DNA of 64,000 nt from Octopus vulgaris (GCA_951406725.2 OX597824.1:18352001-18416000), one strand, 5' to 3'; shown: positions 13,688 to 28,127, numbered from the stretch's first letter. A program made the numbers and translations. Notes: generated from the letters alone by a model not told the origin.

Positions 13688-14276
13688 TAAGAGACAGAAT
13701 CACCCTCAAGCAACTCAATCATTATTGAACGACATTATCCACGATAGGTACATATAGGTCTAAATATTAAAATTATCAAAATTAATACCTTCAATTCTTA
13801 TTCTAAATCATAAACTTTACATTAGCCATGTTTAATTCGTGGAGAGAAAATTACCATACAGATAAGTTAACAGCTCATTTTACTAACATTTTTTTTTCCT
13901 ACTTTTATTCCACATTCCTGTTCATTATTTACTAAAGTACAATTATTCCAACAACTTCTAGTTATATAATTTTAGTTTGTCAGGACTTAATATAGGATAT
14001 AAATAGCAAAATAAGTTCATAGAATCTAGACCTGAAGATTGGCAATATAATCGTTTTAATATGCTATTGTATTTCGAGAGCTTCTATTTCAGCAAAATCG
14101 AGGAATATGTTGTCATGAAACGCGCGTATTCTATATAATATAAAGTACATGATTTAGAACAAGAAATGGAGGTATTAATTTTGATAATTTTAATATTTAG
14201 TTCTATATGTACCTATTGAGGATAATGTCGTTCAATGATGATTGAGTTGCTTGATGGTGATTCTGTCGCTTAAACC
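13684..14276. mobile_element. MITE with about 140-bp terminal inverted repeats, TA-flanked
   Basis: 13685-13824 is the near reverse complement of 14136-14275; TA on both sides; noncoding AT-rich core. Confidence 0.8.
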
Positions 14277-14379
14277 TATCTATATATATGTATGTAATGC
14301 AGTGAGTAATTCATTTTAGTACCACTAAATTGAACTTCTCTCCCCTGTGGACTCAGAAATAACTTCCCTAATATTAATA

Positions 14380-14419
<40 letters not shown>

Positions 14420-14974
14420 TTGTGTGTGTATACATATGTATATGTATATATTAATATATATATGTATACATACGTGTGTGTGTGAGTATTCTATTTATAT
14501 TTATTGGTGTCTCTTCGTTGAACATTTGTAACCAAATTCTTATAATACTGAGTACTTATAGGGAATAGAAAGCCCTTAGTACTGTATTATATATTTGAAA
14601 ATTTTGAATAGAAAAGATATCACTGACAATTTTCCTACTTAATTAATTACATACATTATATACATTATTTACATTATTTACATTTGACGGATATTTGTCC
14701 TCATCTTATTTGTTGTTAACACGTTTCGGTTGGATAAGTATTTAATCAAATAACCAAATTAAGAACAGGTTTCGCATTGCTCATAAAGCTTGATGAGCAA
14801 TGCGAAACCTGTTCTTACTTTAATTATGTTGAAAGGACGAAATCTTATTTTGTACAAAATTGGATAATATCTTATTTATTATTATTATTATTACAAATCT
14901 TCTATATATTTTCATCTTTTCTTTTTCTTTCTGTATATATCCAACAACAGATATTACCCATTTAAAATATTTTC

Positions 14975-15040
<66 letters not shown>

Positions 15041-15096
15041 ATCAGCATGGCCGCAAAACTGAGCTGAAATTAAAAAAGACAAATATATATATATAT

Positions 15097-15330
15097 TGAC
15101 CCATTCCCTTCCAGTCGTTCAAAATGTGACCACGTGTGTATCGTTGGCGATTTTTTTCCTCCGTCTTCCCTTACCTGGACCTTTCCTTTTTCTATGTTTC
15201 TGACGAAGATCTCCGTTCGAAACGTTAACTCTTCCTTCTTTCTTTCCTTTCTTGAGCGTCCAATAACACTATACTTGTTCCACGTCCTCGCGTTGTTGTG
15301 TTTTCTCTTTGTGTTTTCATGTCTGGATTA
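15097..15330 (+). mobile_element. Short Penelope-like element in (TA)n with a degenerate hammerhead
   Basis: CTGACGA (15200-15206)...GAAACGTT (15219-15226); (TA)n on both flanks. Confidence 0.55.
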
Positions 15331-15351
15331 ATATATATATATATATATATA

Positions 15352-15790
15352 TTGGTTTTAGTTTCTCCCGTACAGAGGGTCTGTACATCGCACTGCGAGA
15401 GAACTGCAATAATATCGGTTTTAAGAATAGTCATCTACATCTTCCCAGGTGATGCTCGGTTGCTTAAGATTTTCCTTGAGGTTAGCGCGCCATATCTTCA
15501 AAAGATCTCCCTCTCGTTCTTCGTCCATCTGGTGGTACTTATTGTGTAGTTGTCCTGATTTTTCGTCCTTCAGCCAATCGGAAGGAATGACCAAGTGTTA
15601 GCTATTCTTTCTCTCTCAGTGATCTTGTGTGTTTTGCGCAGAAATCGTTGATGGAACGCATTCAAATTAGACGTGGTCTTGGCAGTTATTTCCCAAGATT
15701 CGCCTGCATAGACATCTGTTGGCAGAGCAATGAAGTACTGCTCCAGATCTCACTCGTTGCTATGAACACTGGCACTGCACTCGCGATTCT
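15352..15790 (-). pseudogene. Degenerate RTE-like LINE 3' fragment
   Basis: Hand translation VYAGESWEITAKTTSNLNAFHQRFLRK ... ITWEDV resembles the RTE 'YGSESW...AFHQRCLR' region; stops and deletions present. Confidence 0.6.
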
Positions 15791-16201
15791 AGGGTTGGCA
15801 TTTACCTCACCACATTTGCAGCAATAATGTGTGTATGATATTTATATATGCACATGCAATGTGTATACATCCGCATCCATATCTAAATATATGTCAATCT
15901 TTGAATCTCTAATACTCATCGAATTCTATATATTTTTATACGTTTATGTATTTATTAATATATGTAAGTATACAAGTACATACATATATATGTATGTGTG
16001 TCAGTGTATAAATGGGTGTGGTATATGGATATATGTTAATACGTCCATTTTAAGAAATATGTCTGTATATGGATAAGTATTTAAGATGTGTTACACTATA
16101 TAACTACATCATATTGTTATCGCATCTTTACGAGTGCCAGCAATGTGATACGAACTATAAAAGAAGTATTGGCTGGGATAGCGAGCAGGAATAAAGAGTA
16201 T

Positions 16202-16826
16202 AGAAGGGGAGGAAGAAGAAGAAGAAGAAGAAGAAGAAGAAGAGGAAGAGGAAGAGGAGGAGGACGAGGACGAGGAGAAGGAGGACGACGACGACGAGGA
16301 AGAGGGGGACGAGAAGGAAGAGGAGAGGAGGAAGAAGAAGAAGAAGAAGAAGAAGAAGAAGAAGAAGGAGAAGAAGAAGAAGAAGAAGAGTAAAGAGGAG
16401 GAGGAGAGGGAGGATTAGAAAAAGAAGAAGAATTAGAAGAAGGAGTCGAAGAAGGAGAAGGAGAATGAGAAGAAGAAGAAGAAGAAGAAGGAGAAGGAGA
16501 AGAAGAAGAAGAAGAAGAAGAAGAAGGAGGAGGAGCAGGAGGAGGGGAAAAGAAGAAGAAGTAGAAGAAGAAGAAGAAGAAGAAGAAGAAGAAGGAGAAG
16601 GAGAAGAAGAAGAAGAAGAAGAAGAAGAAGGAGGAGGAGGAGAAGAAGAAGAAGAAGAAGAAGGAGGAGGAGGAGGAGGAGGAGGAGGAGGGAAAAAAGA
16701 AGAAGAATTAGAAGAAGAAGGAGAAGAAGAAGAAGAAGAAAAAGAAGAAGAAGAAGGAGAAGAAGAAGAAGAAGAAGAAGAAGAAGAAGAAGAAGAAGAA
16801 GAAGAAGAAGAAGAAGAAGAAGAAGA
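16202..16826. repeat. (GAA)n/(GGA)n polypurine tract
   Basis: About 625 bp, almost entirely purine on the + strand. Confidence 0.95.
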
Positions 16827-17478
16827 ATTGAAGGATAACGATAATTGAAGGCTGGGGTGAAATGCAATGGAAAATGACAAAGCAGAGTGAAAGAGAAGAA
16901 GATAAACGGGCAGGTGAAGAACATTTCAGTTTGTGAATGAATGAAAGATAAATAAAACAGAAGGAAACTAGGTAAGAATGAAATGGAAGCTTCAGATCGA
17001 AAGACAGAGAAAGATAAGATAATACGTTAAGAGCGAATGAGAGAGAGAGAGAGAGAGAGGGACAGACAGACAGACAGACAGCGACAGAGACAAGCATGAG
17101 ACGAAAGAGAAGAATGCGACGAAAGAGATGAAGTGAAAGAAAGGGGACAGGTGCAGATTTTTAAAGCCCACATTTTTTGTCTTTCAAACAGGGCTTTCAC
17201 ACAGAAATATATCTGAAAGTGACAAGGAAACAGGACTTCGTCAAACGTTTTGTTCTAATGATAAGTATTGAAAAGTGCACTCGACCGTGAGGGGTTGGCG
17301 GAAAATATTCAGCTCCCTCACACCTTGCTCAGAGCAGTTTATATAAGTATAGGATGATATATTATTGTGCAGGCCTAACTACAATGCACGAGATATACAC
17401 ATATACGTGTGTATATGAAATTTCTCATATCAATGCGCACATACACACACACTTATACATTGTGTGTTTATTGACACG

Positions 17479-17534
<56 letters not shown>

Positions 17535-17632
17535 TACATACGTTCATACATATACATACATATAAATGCATATATGAATATATATATTTATATATACATG
17601 ATAGACATTTTATATATACACATAACAATCGG

Positions 17633-17646
17633 TAGATGGATAGATG

Positions 17647-17720
<74 letters not shown>

Positions 17721-18113
17721 CAGACGGATAGACAGATGGATGGATGGATGGATGGATGGATGGATGGAAGAATGGATGGATGGATGGAAGAATGGATGGA
17801 TGGCTAGATTGATGGATGGATGGATGGAGGATGGATGGATGGATGGATGCTTTCCATGGTGGAGTCAAATACTGTTCAGAATGGTTGGATGGATGGAGGG
17901 ATGGATGGAGGGATGAATGGATGGATGGATGGATGGATGGATGGATGGATGGATGGATGGAAGGAGATGGATGGATGGCTAGATTGATGGATGGATGGAT
18001 GGCTAGACTGATAGATGGATGAATGAAAGGATGGATAGATGGCTAGATTGATGGATGGATGGATGGATGGATGGATGGGTGCCTTCCATGGTGGAATCAA
18101 ATACTGCTCAGAA
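17633..18113. repeat. (GATA)n to (GGAT)n compound tract with an internal duplication
   Basis: Unique word ttccatggtgga.tcaaatactg.tcagaat occurs at about 17852-17882 and 18083-18113. Confidence 0.9.
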
Positions 18114-19025
18114 TTACTCGAGTTTGTTATAGAATCGAAATCAAAAGTTGACAAAATTCTTGTAAAGCCCAGTCGAGAGCAGATTAGGTGAATATCTCGC
18201 AATGTGCAACGTCTATAAAAATGATAAAGGCTTGGGGCAGTCCCCTTAAAATGTAAATCTTAGGAATATTTACAAAGTGCATGGTAAAACTAGTAATGAA
18301 ATAATCCTTGTCCCCGCATCAAACCGCACCCAAACGAAGAACACGCGAAGTACGTACATTGTAGATGTGTGTTCGATAAGGTTTACAGCACTCACGCTGC
18401 TTCTAATTCTTGTTTGAATTTATTCCTACATATTCATCGTTCGGGCATACTAACAGATGGTTTTCACACCATTTTACAGATGCTCATGGACAGGCTATTT
18501 AATTTGCCTCCGGTTTGGCTCACATAGGTGATATTGGTAAGCTAGAAAAATGGCGAAACATCGATGTCCCTCGCTCCTGAAGAGAATTAGGATGCGTTGT
18601 CTCCCTTGTCTATGACTACGACTTTCCAGAGCTTTAACACCCGACATTTTGAGAGAGTCTTCTCCACCTTGTTAAATTGCAGCCGACCGGCGAAGAAGTA
18701 AAGCACATATGTTGTGTAGGTGTGTTCGGTAAGATATACATACATAAAAATGTTTATGCATCTATGTATCTTTTATCTTTCATTTCTTTAAGGCATGAGA
18801 CGGCGGCCATGCTGGAGTAACACATTGAAGAACATTTTAGTCGAACGAATCGCCCCCACCCCCCCACGTACTTACATTTTTCCAGCTTGGTACTTATCAT
18901 ATCGGTAAAATTTGCCGAACCGCTGGATACCGTAAACACGCCGACACCGAGTCTCAAGTGGTGATGCGGGTGGAAGGCCACAAGCAGAAACACACACACA
19001 CACACACATATATATACATATACAT

Positions 19026-19442
19026 AGACGTAGGAGTGGCTCTGTGGTATGTAGCTTGCTTACGAACAACATGGTTCCGGGTTCAGTCCCACTGCGTAGC
19101 GCCTTGGGCAAGTGTTTTCTACTATAACCTCGGGCCGACCAAATCCTTGTGAGTGGATTTGGTAGACGGAAACTGAAAGAAGCCCGTCATATATATCTAT
19201 ATATATATATGCGTATGTGTGTGTATGTGTATGTGTGTCTGTGTTTGTCCCCCATCAACATCGCTTGATAACCGATGCTGGTGTGTTTATGCCCCGTAAC
19301 TTAGCGGTTCGGCCAAGAAGACACCGATAGAATAAGTACTAGACTTACAAAGGATAAGTCCTGGGGTCAATTTGTTTGACTAAAGGTGGTGCTCCAGCAT
19401 GGCCACAATCAAATAACTGAAACAAGTAAAAGAGTAAAAGAG
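19026..19442 (+). mobile_element. SINE family A
   Basis: Full-length match to 37262-37668. Confidence 0.9.
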
Positions 19443-19451
19443 ATACATATA

Positions 19452-19861
19452 TTCTCTCTTTACTATTTTACTTGTTTCAGTCATTTTACTGCAGCCATGC
19501 TGGAGCACCGCCTTTAGTCGAGCAACTCGAACTCGGGACTTATTCTTTTTGTAAGTCCAGTACTTATTCTATCGGTCTCTTTTGCCGAACCGCTAAGTGA
19601 CGGGGACGTAAACACACCAGCATCAGTTGTCAAGCAATGCTAGAGGAACAAACACATACACACAAACACACACACATACATATATATATATACATATATA
19701 CGACAGGCTTCTTTCAGTTTCCGTCTACCAAATCCACTCACAAGGCATTGGTCGGCTCGGGGCTATAGCAGAAGACACTTGCCCAAGATGCCACGCAGTG
19801 GGACTGAACCCGGAACCATGTGGTTGGTAATCAAGCTACTTACCACACAGCCACTCCTGCG

Positions 19862-19863
<2 letters not shown>
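19452..19863 (-). mobile_element. SINE family A
   Basis: Full-length reverse-complement match to 37262-37668. Confidence 0.9.
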
Positions 19864-19956
<93 letters not shown>

Positions 19957-20039
19957 CAATCTTAATTAGAAAGGGATGCGTGCGTTCCGTCATATAATAT
20001 ATTAATAAATAAAACATATGCATATATATATACATATAT

Positions 20040-20490
20040 GTACGTACCTACCTCTACATGTACATATACACGCATATATGAGTACAGGACACAAAAAAAA
20101 AACGTCGAACACAATGAGAAACGAAAACATAGACACAAACCCAAGGAACTGGACATTTTTCTTAAACACCAAAAAAATAGAGTACAGGACAAATAACACA
20201 AGGAAAAAACCCCTTCTTCAGTCACCATGGTTTCATCTACTCTACGTTTCGAAGGTGAAGGCGAGACGTATCTTCGATAGAAACTTTCCTTCCTGCGAAA
20301 AGCAAATCAAATAAAAATTGAGATCTTTTTGCAGAGGGGTAAAAATGGTAACAAAAACAGGACAGTAACGACAGTACAAAATATAAACAGTAAAAGACAG
20401 GACAAGGAAAATAACAAGACAAGAAGGGCTGTTAAGCCGAACGAAAAAAAATATTTCGAACGCTATTTCTGTGAACGGCGAAGGGGCACA
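20040..20490 (-). mobile_element. Penelope-like element remnant with a degenerate hammerhead
   Basis: Minus strand CTATCGAAG...CTTC-GAAACGTA at about 20243-20281; TA-rich flanks; T-rich body like the other copies. Confidence 0.4.
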
Positions 20491-20918
20491 TACTTACATA
20501 CATACATATGTATATATATATATGTGTATGCATATAGCCCAATACTATAAGGGAACACAATTGTACAAGGTGCGATGCAGGAGAACTGAGCCCAGGACCA
20601 CGTGGTTGGGAAGATAAATTCTTACTGCCACACCAGCACCTAAATACATAGATCTTCGTATACAATGTTAATATTTGAAAGGAATTCCTTATATTTGAAA
20701 ATTATCTGAAAGTATATTTTTGAAAATAGATTAAGAGATACTTGATAGAACAATGAAATTGTTATGCAAGCAGTTTTGACTCTTTAAGAAAAGTAGAATA
20801 AATAGTAAATTCTGATTTATAAGAGATCTTTTGCTAATTTTTAATTTCCAAAGAATATTTTCAAACATACATACCTTCATGCATACACTTGTATATATAG
20901 ATATGCATATATAGATAT

Positions 20919-21034
<116 letters not shown>

Positions 21035-21943
21035 TTATATATACATATATATATATATAAGTATATATACATGCATATATATATATATATATATGCATAC
21101 TTATATATGCAAGCATACTTATATATGTATGTATATGTTTTGCATATATATATTTGGTGTATTATGTTTAAGCTAAGTGGGTGAGAGAGATGACTATTAA
21201 TTTAGTAGAAAATGTAAAAAAAAAAAAAGAAATTTATAATATTAAAAGACATAACAATTTAAATTGATTCGTAGAATGATAACATCTTTAGAAAATTAAA
21301 TTGATCTGGGTTTTTAAATAAAAGAAATTATAAAATCGTTACGAACGTATAGACTTATAATATACAGAATAATTTGGGAGTTAAAATTGGAAAGTTGTGC
21401 ATGGTATGGTGAGGTGAAGGGAGGTGGGTAAAATATAATTAGTAGAAAAATGGCAAAGATATACCGATGATATAATCAATTAGATCATGAGAGGTTGGAG
21501 AAGTATTGGTTGAGTCTGTCTAATTATATGTTCCAATATGGGTAGAGTGCAAACCAATAATATAACTGTAGATGTTGAGTTTAAATACAGGTGGTTGTAG
21601 GTTTTAGTGTAAGAATGAAATAAGTAAGAGAATAACGTGTTTGAATATATCAAATTTTTGTTACATAAAATAGGATCAGTGTAAAATATTTTGACGTTAA
21701 TGCTATGAGGGCCAGTGTGAATCCCTATGTAACTAGCGTTAAAATTGAAATTCTTTGCCAATTGGTGATGAATACAAAAGTAAACGAGATTTATGTTTGC
21801 CGGTAAATGTTTTGTACCATGGTCAAACGAAGCAAATTGCAAAAACCGATCTTTTACTACAAAAACTTGACGGTTTTTGAGTTGCCTGATGTAAAATTTA
21901 GGTGCAATATGTAGAATGTAAATTGATTATGAATATGATTATA

Positions 21944-22115
21944 GGCGTGGAGTGGGTGCGTGGAAAGTAACTTGCTTACGAACCACATGGTTCTGGGATC
22001 AGTCCCACTGCGTGGCACCTTGGGCAAGTGTCTTCTACTATAGCCTCGGGCCGACCAAAGCCTTGTGAATGGATTTGGTAGACGAAGACTGAAAGAAGCC
22101 CGTCGATTATATATG

Positions 22116-22152
<37 letters not shown>

Positions 22153-22254
22153 TATATTGAAAATAATTTTTTTCAATTCCTGAGCGTTATACTAACACAT
22201 CTGTTTGTGTTCTACACTACCTGTCTTCGTCTTTCGTTTTATTCGTGAATTCTC

Positions 22255-22327
<73 letters not shown>

Positions 22328-22540
22328 TATGTATGTATATATATATGCCTGTGTATATGCTTGTGTGTCTGTGTTTGTCCCCCCTACCACCACCATTGCC
22401 GTAACGTAGCGGTTCCGCAAAAGAGACCGATAGAATAAGTACTAGGCGTACAAAGAATAAGTTCTGGGGTCGATTTGCTCGACTAAATGGTGGTGCTCCT
22501 GCACGGCCGCAGTCAAATGACTGAAACAAGTAAAAGAGTA
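21944..22540 (+). mobile_element. SINE family A with a Penelope-like fragment (22150-22260) in its internal microsatellite
   Basis: Head and tail match family A; the insert matches the reverse complement of 58165-58250. Confidence 0.85.
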
Positions 22541-22600
22541 AGTTAAATGATTTGTTTACTTGACATGGAGCTGTAGAATAAATTCAATTATGAACGATAA

Positions 22601-22680
<80 letters not shown>

Positions 22681-22702
22681 GTTATCATTATTATTATTAT
22701 TA

Positions 22703-23917
22703 TTCTATGTTTGATTTTTGCTTTATATTTGTACAAATTGGTTCCAAGTCTCACCCAGAGACCTAAAGAGACAACAGGGTTGGAAGTTCATGTTGTTGTT
22801 ATGCCTAGTGTGCCATATATTTGGGGGGTGGGGATGTTGTACTAATGAATGTCTAAAAAAAAAAAGGGTTTTTTTTTGTTTTTTTAAACCGAAAATTATG
22901 TTTGTTTTAAACCTTGAGATTACATAGAGAGTATTTTGCGTAGGATATGAGCAGTTCCCATGAGCACTATCTTTTGAACTTCTGCCATTTTTGGGTTTCC
23001 TGGTATCTGAGTTAGGTAGCTATCAGCCCCTTTTGCTATCATTCCCAGGGCACCTATGACAACAGGTATTGTTTTAGTTTTCAGCTTCCACATTTTGCTG
23101 ATTTCTATTTCAAGATCTTTATATTTGCTCAGTTTTTGGTAGGTCTTGACAGATACGTTTATATCGATTGGGACAGTCATATCAATGAGGAGGCATGTTC
23201 TTTGTTTGAAGTCTTTCAATATGATGTCTGGCCTATTTGCATCTATCTTCCTGTCAGTTTGAATGGTGATGTTCCAGAGGAGTGAGATGTGGTCATTTTC
23301 AAGCACTGGGGGTGGTTTGTGTTCCCACCAGTTTTTTTCATTGGGCAAATCCAGGTTTTTACAGATTACCCAGGGAATATATTGTGCAGCTCTATCGTGC
23401 CTGTTGAGATACTCTATAGGCGCTAGAAGACTGCACTTGGAGACCACATGGTCAATGGTTTCATTTTGTTGCTTGCATACACGACACGTTGGACTGCTTC
23501 TGATCTTTAATATGTTGGCCTGGTAGTTTCTTGTTGGTAGGCATTGATCTTGAGCTGCTATGATAAACCCCTCTGTTTCAGATTTTAAGCCAGAGGCCAT
23601 TAGCCATTGATGGGTCAGGGCTTTGTCGATATCTGCATTATTCGCTCTCTTTGGGTATTTGCCATAGAGAGGTTTTTCTTGCCATTTATTATTCAGAATA
23701 TCTAAGGCCGCAGTTTTGGCACGGGTTTTCATGCGCCTAGCTTTTTCTGTGCTTGTTTCTTGTATATCTATCTCTAATTCCGAAATTGGTTGTATTCGGA
23801 ATTCACTTAGATATTCCTTTGCCTGTTTTGTGACTGAGTATGATGCTTTCTTGTTTTCATGTTTTGAGACAAGTTTTAACATCCAGTCCTCAGAGTTTTT
23901 CAGGTAGGTGTCTAGGC
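22703..23917 (-). mobile_element. 5'-truncated R4/Dong-clade non-LTR retrotransposon (CCHC knuckle + restriction-like endonuclease) in (TAA)n
   Basis: Open frame with ETEGFIIAAQDQ, CRVC...ETIDHVVSKC, RHD, RPDI...IDMTVP...KLSKY and IPVVIGALG; stop at 22920; (TAA)n on both flanks. Confidence 0.88.
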
Positions 23918-23925
23918 CATTATTA

Positions 23926-23999
<74 letters not shown>

Positions 24000-24024
24000 A
24001 TCATTATTATTATTATTATTATTA

Positions 24025-24095
<71 letters not shown>

Positions 24096-24099
24096 ATCA

Positions 24100-24135
<36 letters not shown>

Positions 24136-24851
24136 TGGATAATAATGATTAAGTATTCTGAAAGAAACATGTGGCGTAGCTAGCAACTAAAATAAATGTC
24201 ATTAGTCGAAAGTAACCAAATATATCAACGGGCTGTCAGGTGACTTCAATTAATGTTCATATAGTCGTAGGATTAATTACTAGATTCTGTATAATTATAT
24301 GCAAGAGATATCTATGTCCTTGTGTGTTGCAATGAAAGTTACTCATTTCTGTACATGAATATTGGATTTACCAATACAAGTAGGAATTATTTTCTTTGTG
24401 CAAAGGTCAGATAACCTATTTAACGGTACGTTAATGCTGTTAAGTAAAGTACGATGCAAAATATAATATAAACATGAGACAAAATATAATTAACAAAAAT
24501 TCCATTTTCAAATTGACGAAAAGTCATGATTTAAATTATCAATACAGAACTAAAACTATATCTTCTTCGACGTTACAAAACATTATGCAAATTTCACCCT
24601 AATATACTTAATGTTTATATGATTTATATATAATGTAGTACATCGTGTACAGAACACTCTTTGATCATAGATCAGTCAGGAATATCTTAGTATTAAACAC
24701 AAAGAGCTACATTTTCATTACCAATAGTACTACCACTATACACTTTATCATAATTCCTTTCCATATTATCAACCCTACTTTACTCATAGATATAACTATC
24801 AATGCTGTTACACAGAGAATCATTATCTTTGTTGATACATGCCATTATCAG

Positions 24852-25251
24852 GGCGGCGAGCTGGCACAAACGTTAGCACGCCGGGCGAAATGCTTTGCGG
24901 TATTTCGTCTGCCGCTACGTTCTGAATTCAAATTACGCCGAGGCCGACTTTGCCTTTCATCCTTTCGAGGTCGATTAAATAAGTACCAGTTACGCACTGG
25001 GGTCGATGTAATCGACTTAATCCGTTTGTCTGTACTTGTTTGTCCTCTCTGAGTTTAGCCCCTTGTGGGTAGTAAAGAAATAGGTATTTCATCTGTCTTT
25101 ACATTCGGTGTTCAAATTCCACCAAGGTCGACTTTGCCTCTCATCTTTTCGGGGTTGATAAATGAAATACCAGCTGCGTACGGGGGTCAATCTAATCGGC
25201 TGGCCACCTCCCCCAAAATTTCTGGCCTTGTGCCTAAAGTAGAAAAGAATA
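24852..25251 (+). mobile_element. SINE family B, dimer with two different tails
   Basis: Junction agtaaagaaata|ggtatttc near 25081; degenerate TSD acatgccattatc / atatgtcattatc. Confidence 0.85.
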
Positions 25252-25924
25252 TATGTCATTATCGCGGTAAACATTATTATTATTATGATTTAAACAACGC
25301 CCGAACCTAGATTTATGTCAGAGGTTCGCTTCTAAGATATGTTGTTACTTATACAATACATACACGCTGCAGTTTTAATGTGTTTTCTGGCATAGATTAA
25401 TGAAGACCATGGATCATAAAAAAATTTAAAAGACCAAAAATCTTGTGCATTTTCTTGTCTTTAGACATTCAATAGCAGTTTACTTTGAACCATCGCCTTT
25501 AATGGTGTTTAAGTCAATTACATCGATTCTAGTTGTTAGTATGATACGCAATTTATCGTTATTTTTGTATTTAAGGGGTCACTGTGCCTATTTTTACGGA
25601 GTTGCCACCCTTTAGTGACGTTCTTTTCATCAATGGTTTCTGTTCCTATTTTCAGTTATGCAGCAGACATTTGATTACGATTATGTGCCCTTGAATTGCT
25701 TGGAAATAACTGTCAAAGTGGGATGTCATAAATGTGTCACTTGTCGGGTCCTCCATACGAATTTTTATATGAGTTATTCCTTTTATGGCTTCTCCTTTCT
25801 GTCAACACCTCAAATGTAAAATTCTTCCCTGAAGACGGAAGCTGGTATTATTCGATGATGGAATCAATTTCTAATCATTATTCTGGACCACCAAGACCAC
25901 AGAATGTTTTGTTTAAATTGTATT

Positions 25925-26758
25925 ATTGAATTGATTGTGTCTTGCGTAGGATGTGAGCCGTTCCTAGCAGGGATATTTTTGGGATAGTATGTAATGTTGA
26001 AGAACCAGTTATAGCTTCTACGTTTTTGTTCATATTTTTTATCATGCCTGATCTCCCAGTTATTACTGGTATTGTTTTCACTTAGATGCCCCACATCTTG
26101 AATACTTTAATTTCGAGGTCTTTGTACTTCGAAAATTTCTCCATCTCTTTTTGGACAATATTTTGATCAGAAGGTACTGCAATATCTATCAGTAAGCCAG
26201 TGGTTTATTTTCCAATCCTTGGTTACTATGTCTGATTGATTAGCTTCTATTTCTTTGTCGGTTTGAAGAGTCATATCTCAGATGATTGTGGCGTGGTTGT
26301 TGTCTTGTGCTTTGTTTGTTACGTGTTTATACTATTTATTGTCAGGTTTTATGTTGTAGTGTTGGCTTATTTTCCAGTAGATATAACGACATACTCGGTC
26401 GTATCTGTATACATATTCAGACTCGGCAAGGACTGGACAGCTAGGGATGAATTGGACAACTGTCTCGGTGTACTGGTTGCACAATCTGCATTTGGCGTTT
26501 GGGCCTATTTTCATTATTTTGCTTTTATAGTTGTTTGCATTTAGTGCAGAAAAAATCAGTCCTACCATATCAGCTTTTAGTTCATAGCTTTTAAGCCATT
26601 GTTGGCTCTTACTTAGACTCACTTCTTTTCTGTCAAGCCTTGAATGATATAGGCTATAGAGTGATTTTCTGTCTTCATTTCTTCTTTAGACATTTTGTAG
26701 TTCCGTTTTCAGTTTATTTTTTGTCACTTTGACCATTTCTGCAACGATGTCATCTGAA
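25925..26758 (-). pseudogene. Degenerate R4/Dong-like RLE retrotransposon fragment
   Basis: QQWLKSYELK, KCRLCNQYTETV..IPSCPVLAESEYVYRYDRV and QKISLLGTAHILRK are collinear with the 22920-23917 protein; frameshifted. Confidence 0.8.
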
Positions 26759-26802
26759 GTCATTGTATCCGTGTTTTTTTATTCTGTTTTGCATACAAAT
26801 AG

Positions 26803-27220
26803 TCGCAGGAGTGGCTGTGTGGCAAGTAGCTTGCTAACCAACCACATGGTTCCGGGTTCAGTCCCACTGCGTGGCATCTTGGGCAAGTGTCTTCTGCTAT
26901 AGCCCCGAGCCGACCAATGCCTTGTGAGTGGATTTGGTAGACGGAAGCTGAAGGAAGCCCGTCGTATATATGTATATATATATATATATGTGTGTGTGTG
27001 TATGTGTGTGTGTCTTTGTGTGTATGTGTCTGTCCTCCTAGCATTGCTTGACAACCGATGCTGGTGTGTTTACGTCCCCGTCACTGAGCGGTTCGGCAAA
27101 AAGAGACCGATAGAATAAGTACTGGGCTTACAAAGAATAAGTCCCGGGGTCGATTTGCTCGACTAAAGGCGGTGCTCCAGCATGGCCGCAGTCAACGGAC
27201 TGAATCAAGTAAAAGAGTAA
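26803..27220 (+). mobile_element. SINE family A
   Basis: Full-length match to 37262-37668. Confidence 0.9.
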
Positions 27221-27291
27221 ATAAAGAATAAAATAAACATTCTTCTGTCTTGTGTTGCTTTCTTCTTCTTCTTCTTCTTCTTCTTCTTCTT

Positions 27292-28020
<729 letters not shown>

Positions 28021-28035
28021 AACAATGAACCTCTC

Positions 28036-28089
<54 letters not shown>

Positions 28090-28090
28090 A

Positions 28091-28127
<37 letters not shown>

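Noticed and set aside
16088-17097. Poly-E/R/S/L/F ORFs
   Set aside because: Translations of the (GAA)n/(GGA)n tract with no flanking coding signal
21480-21880. 120+ codon minus-strand ORF in unique DNA
   Set aside because: No recognisable motif and composition mirrors AT-rich background; cannot be supported as a gene
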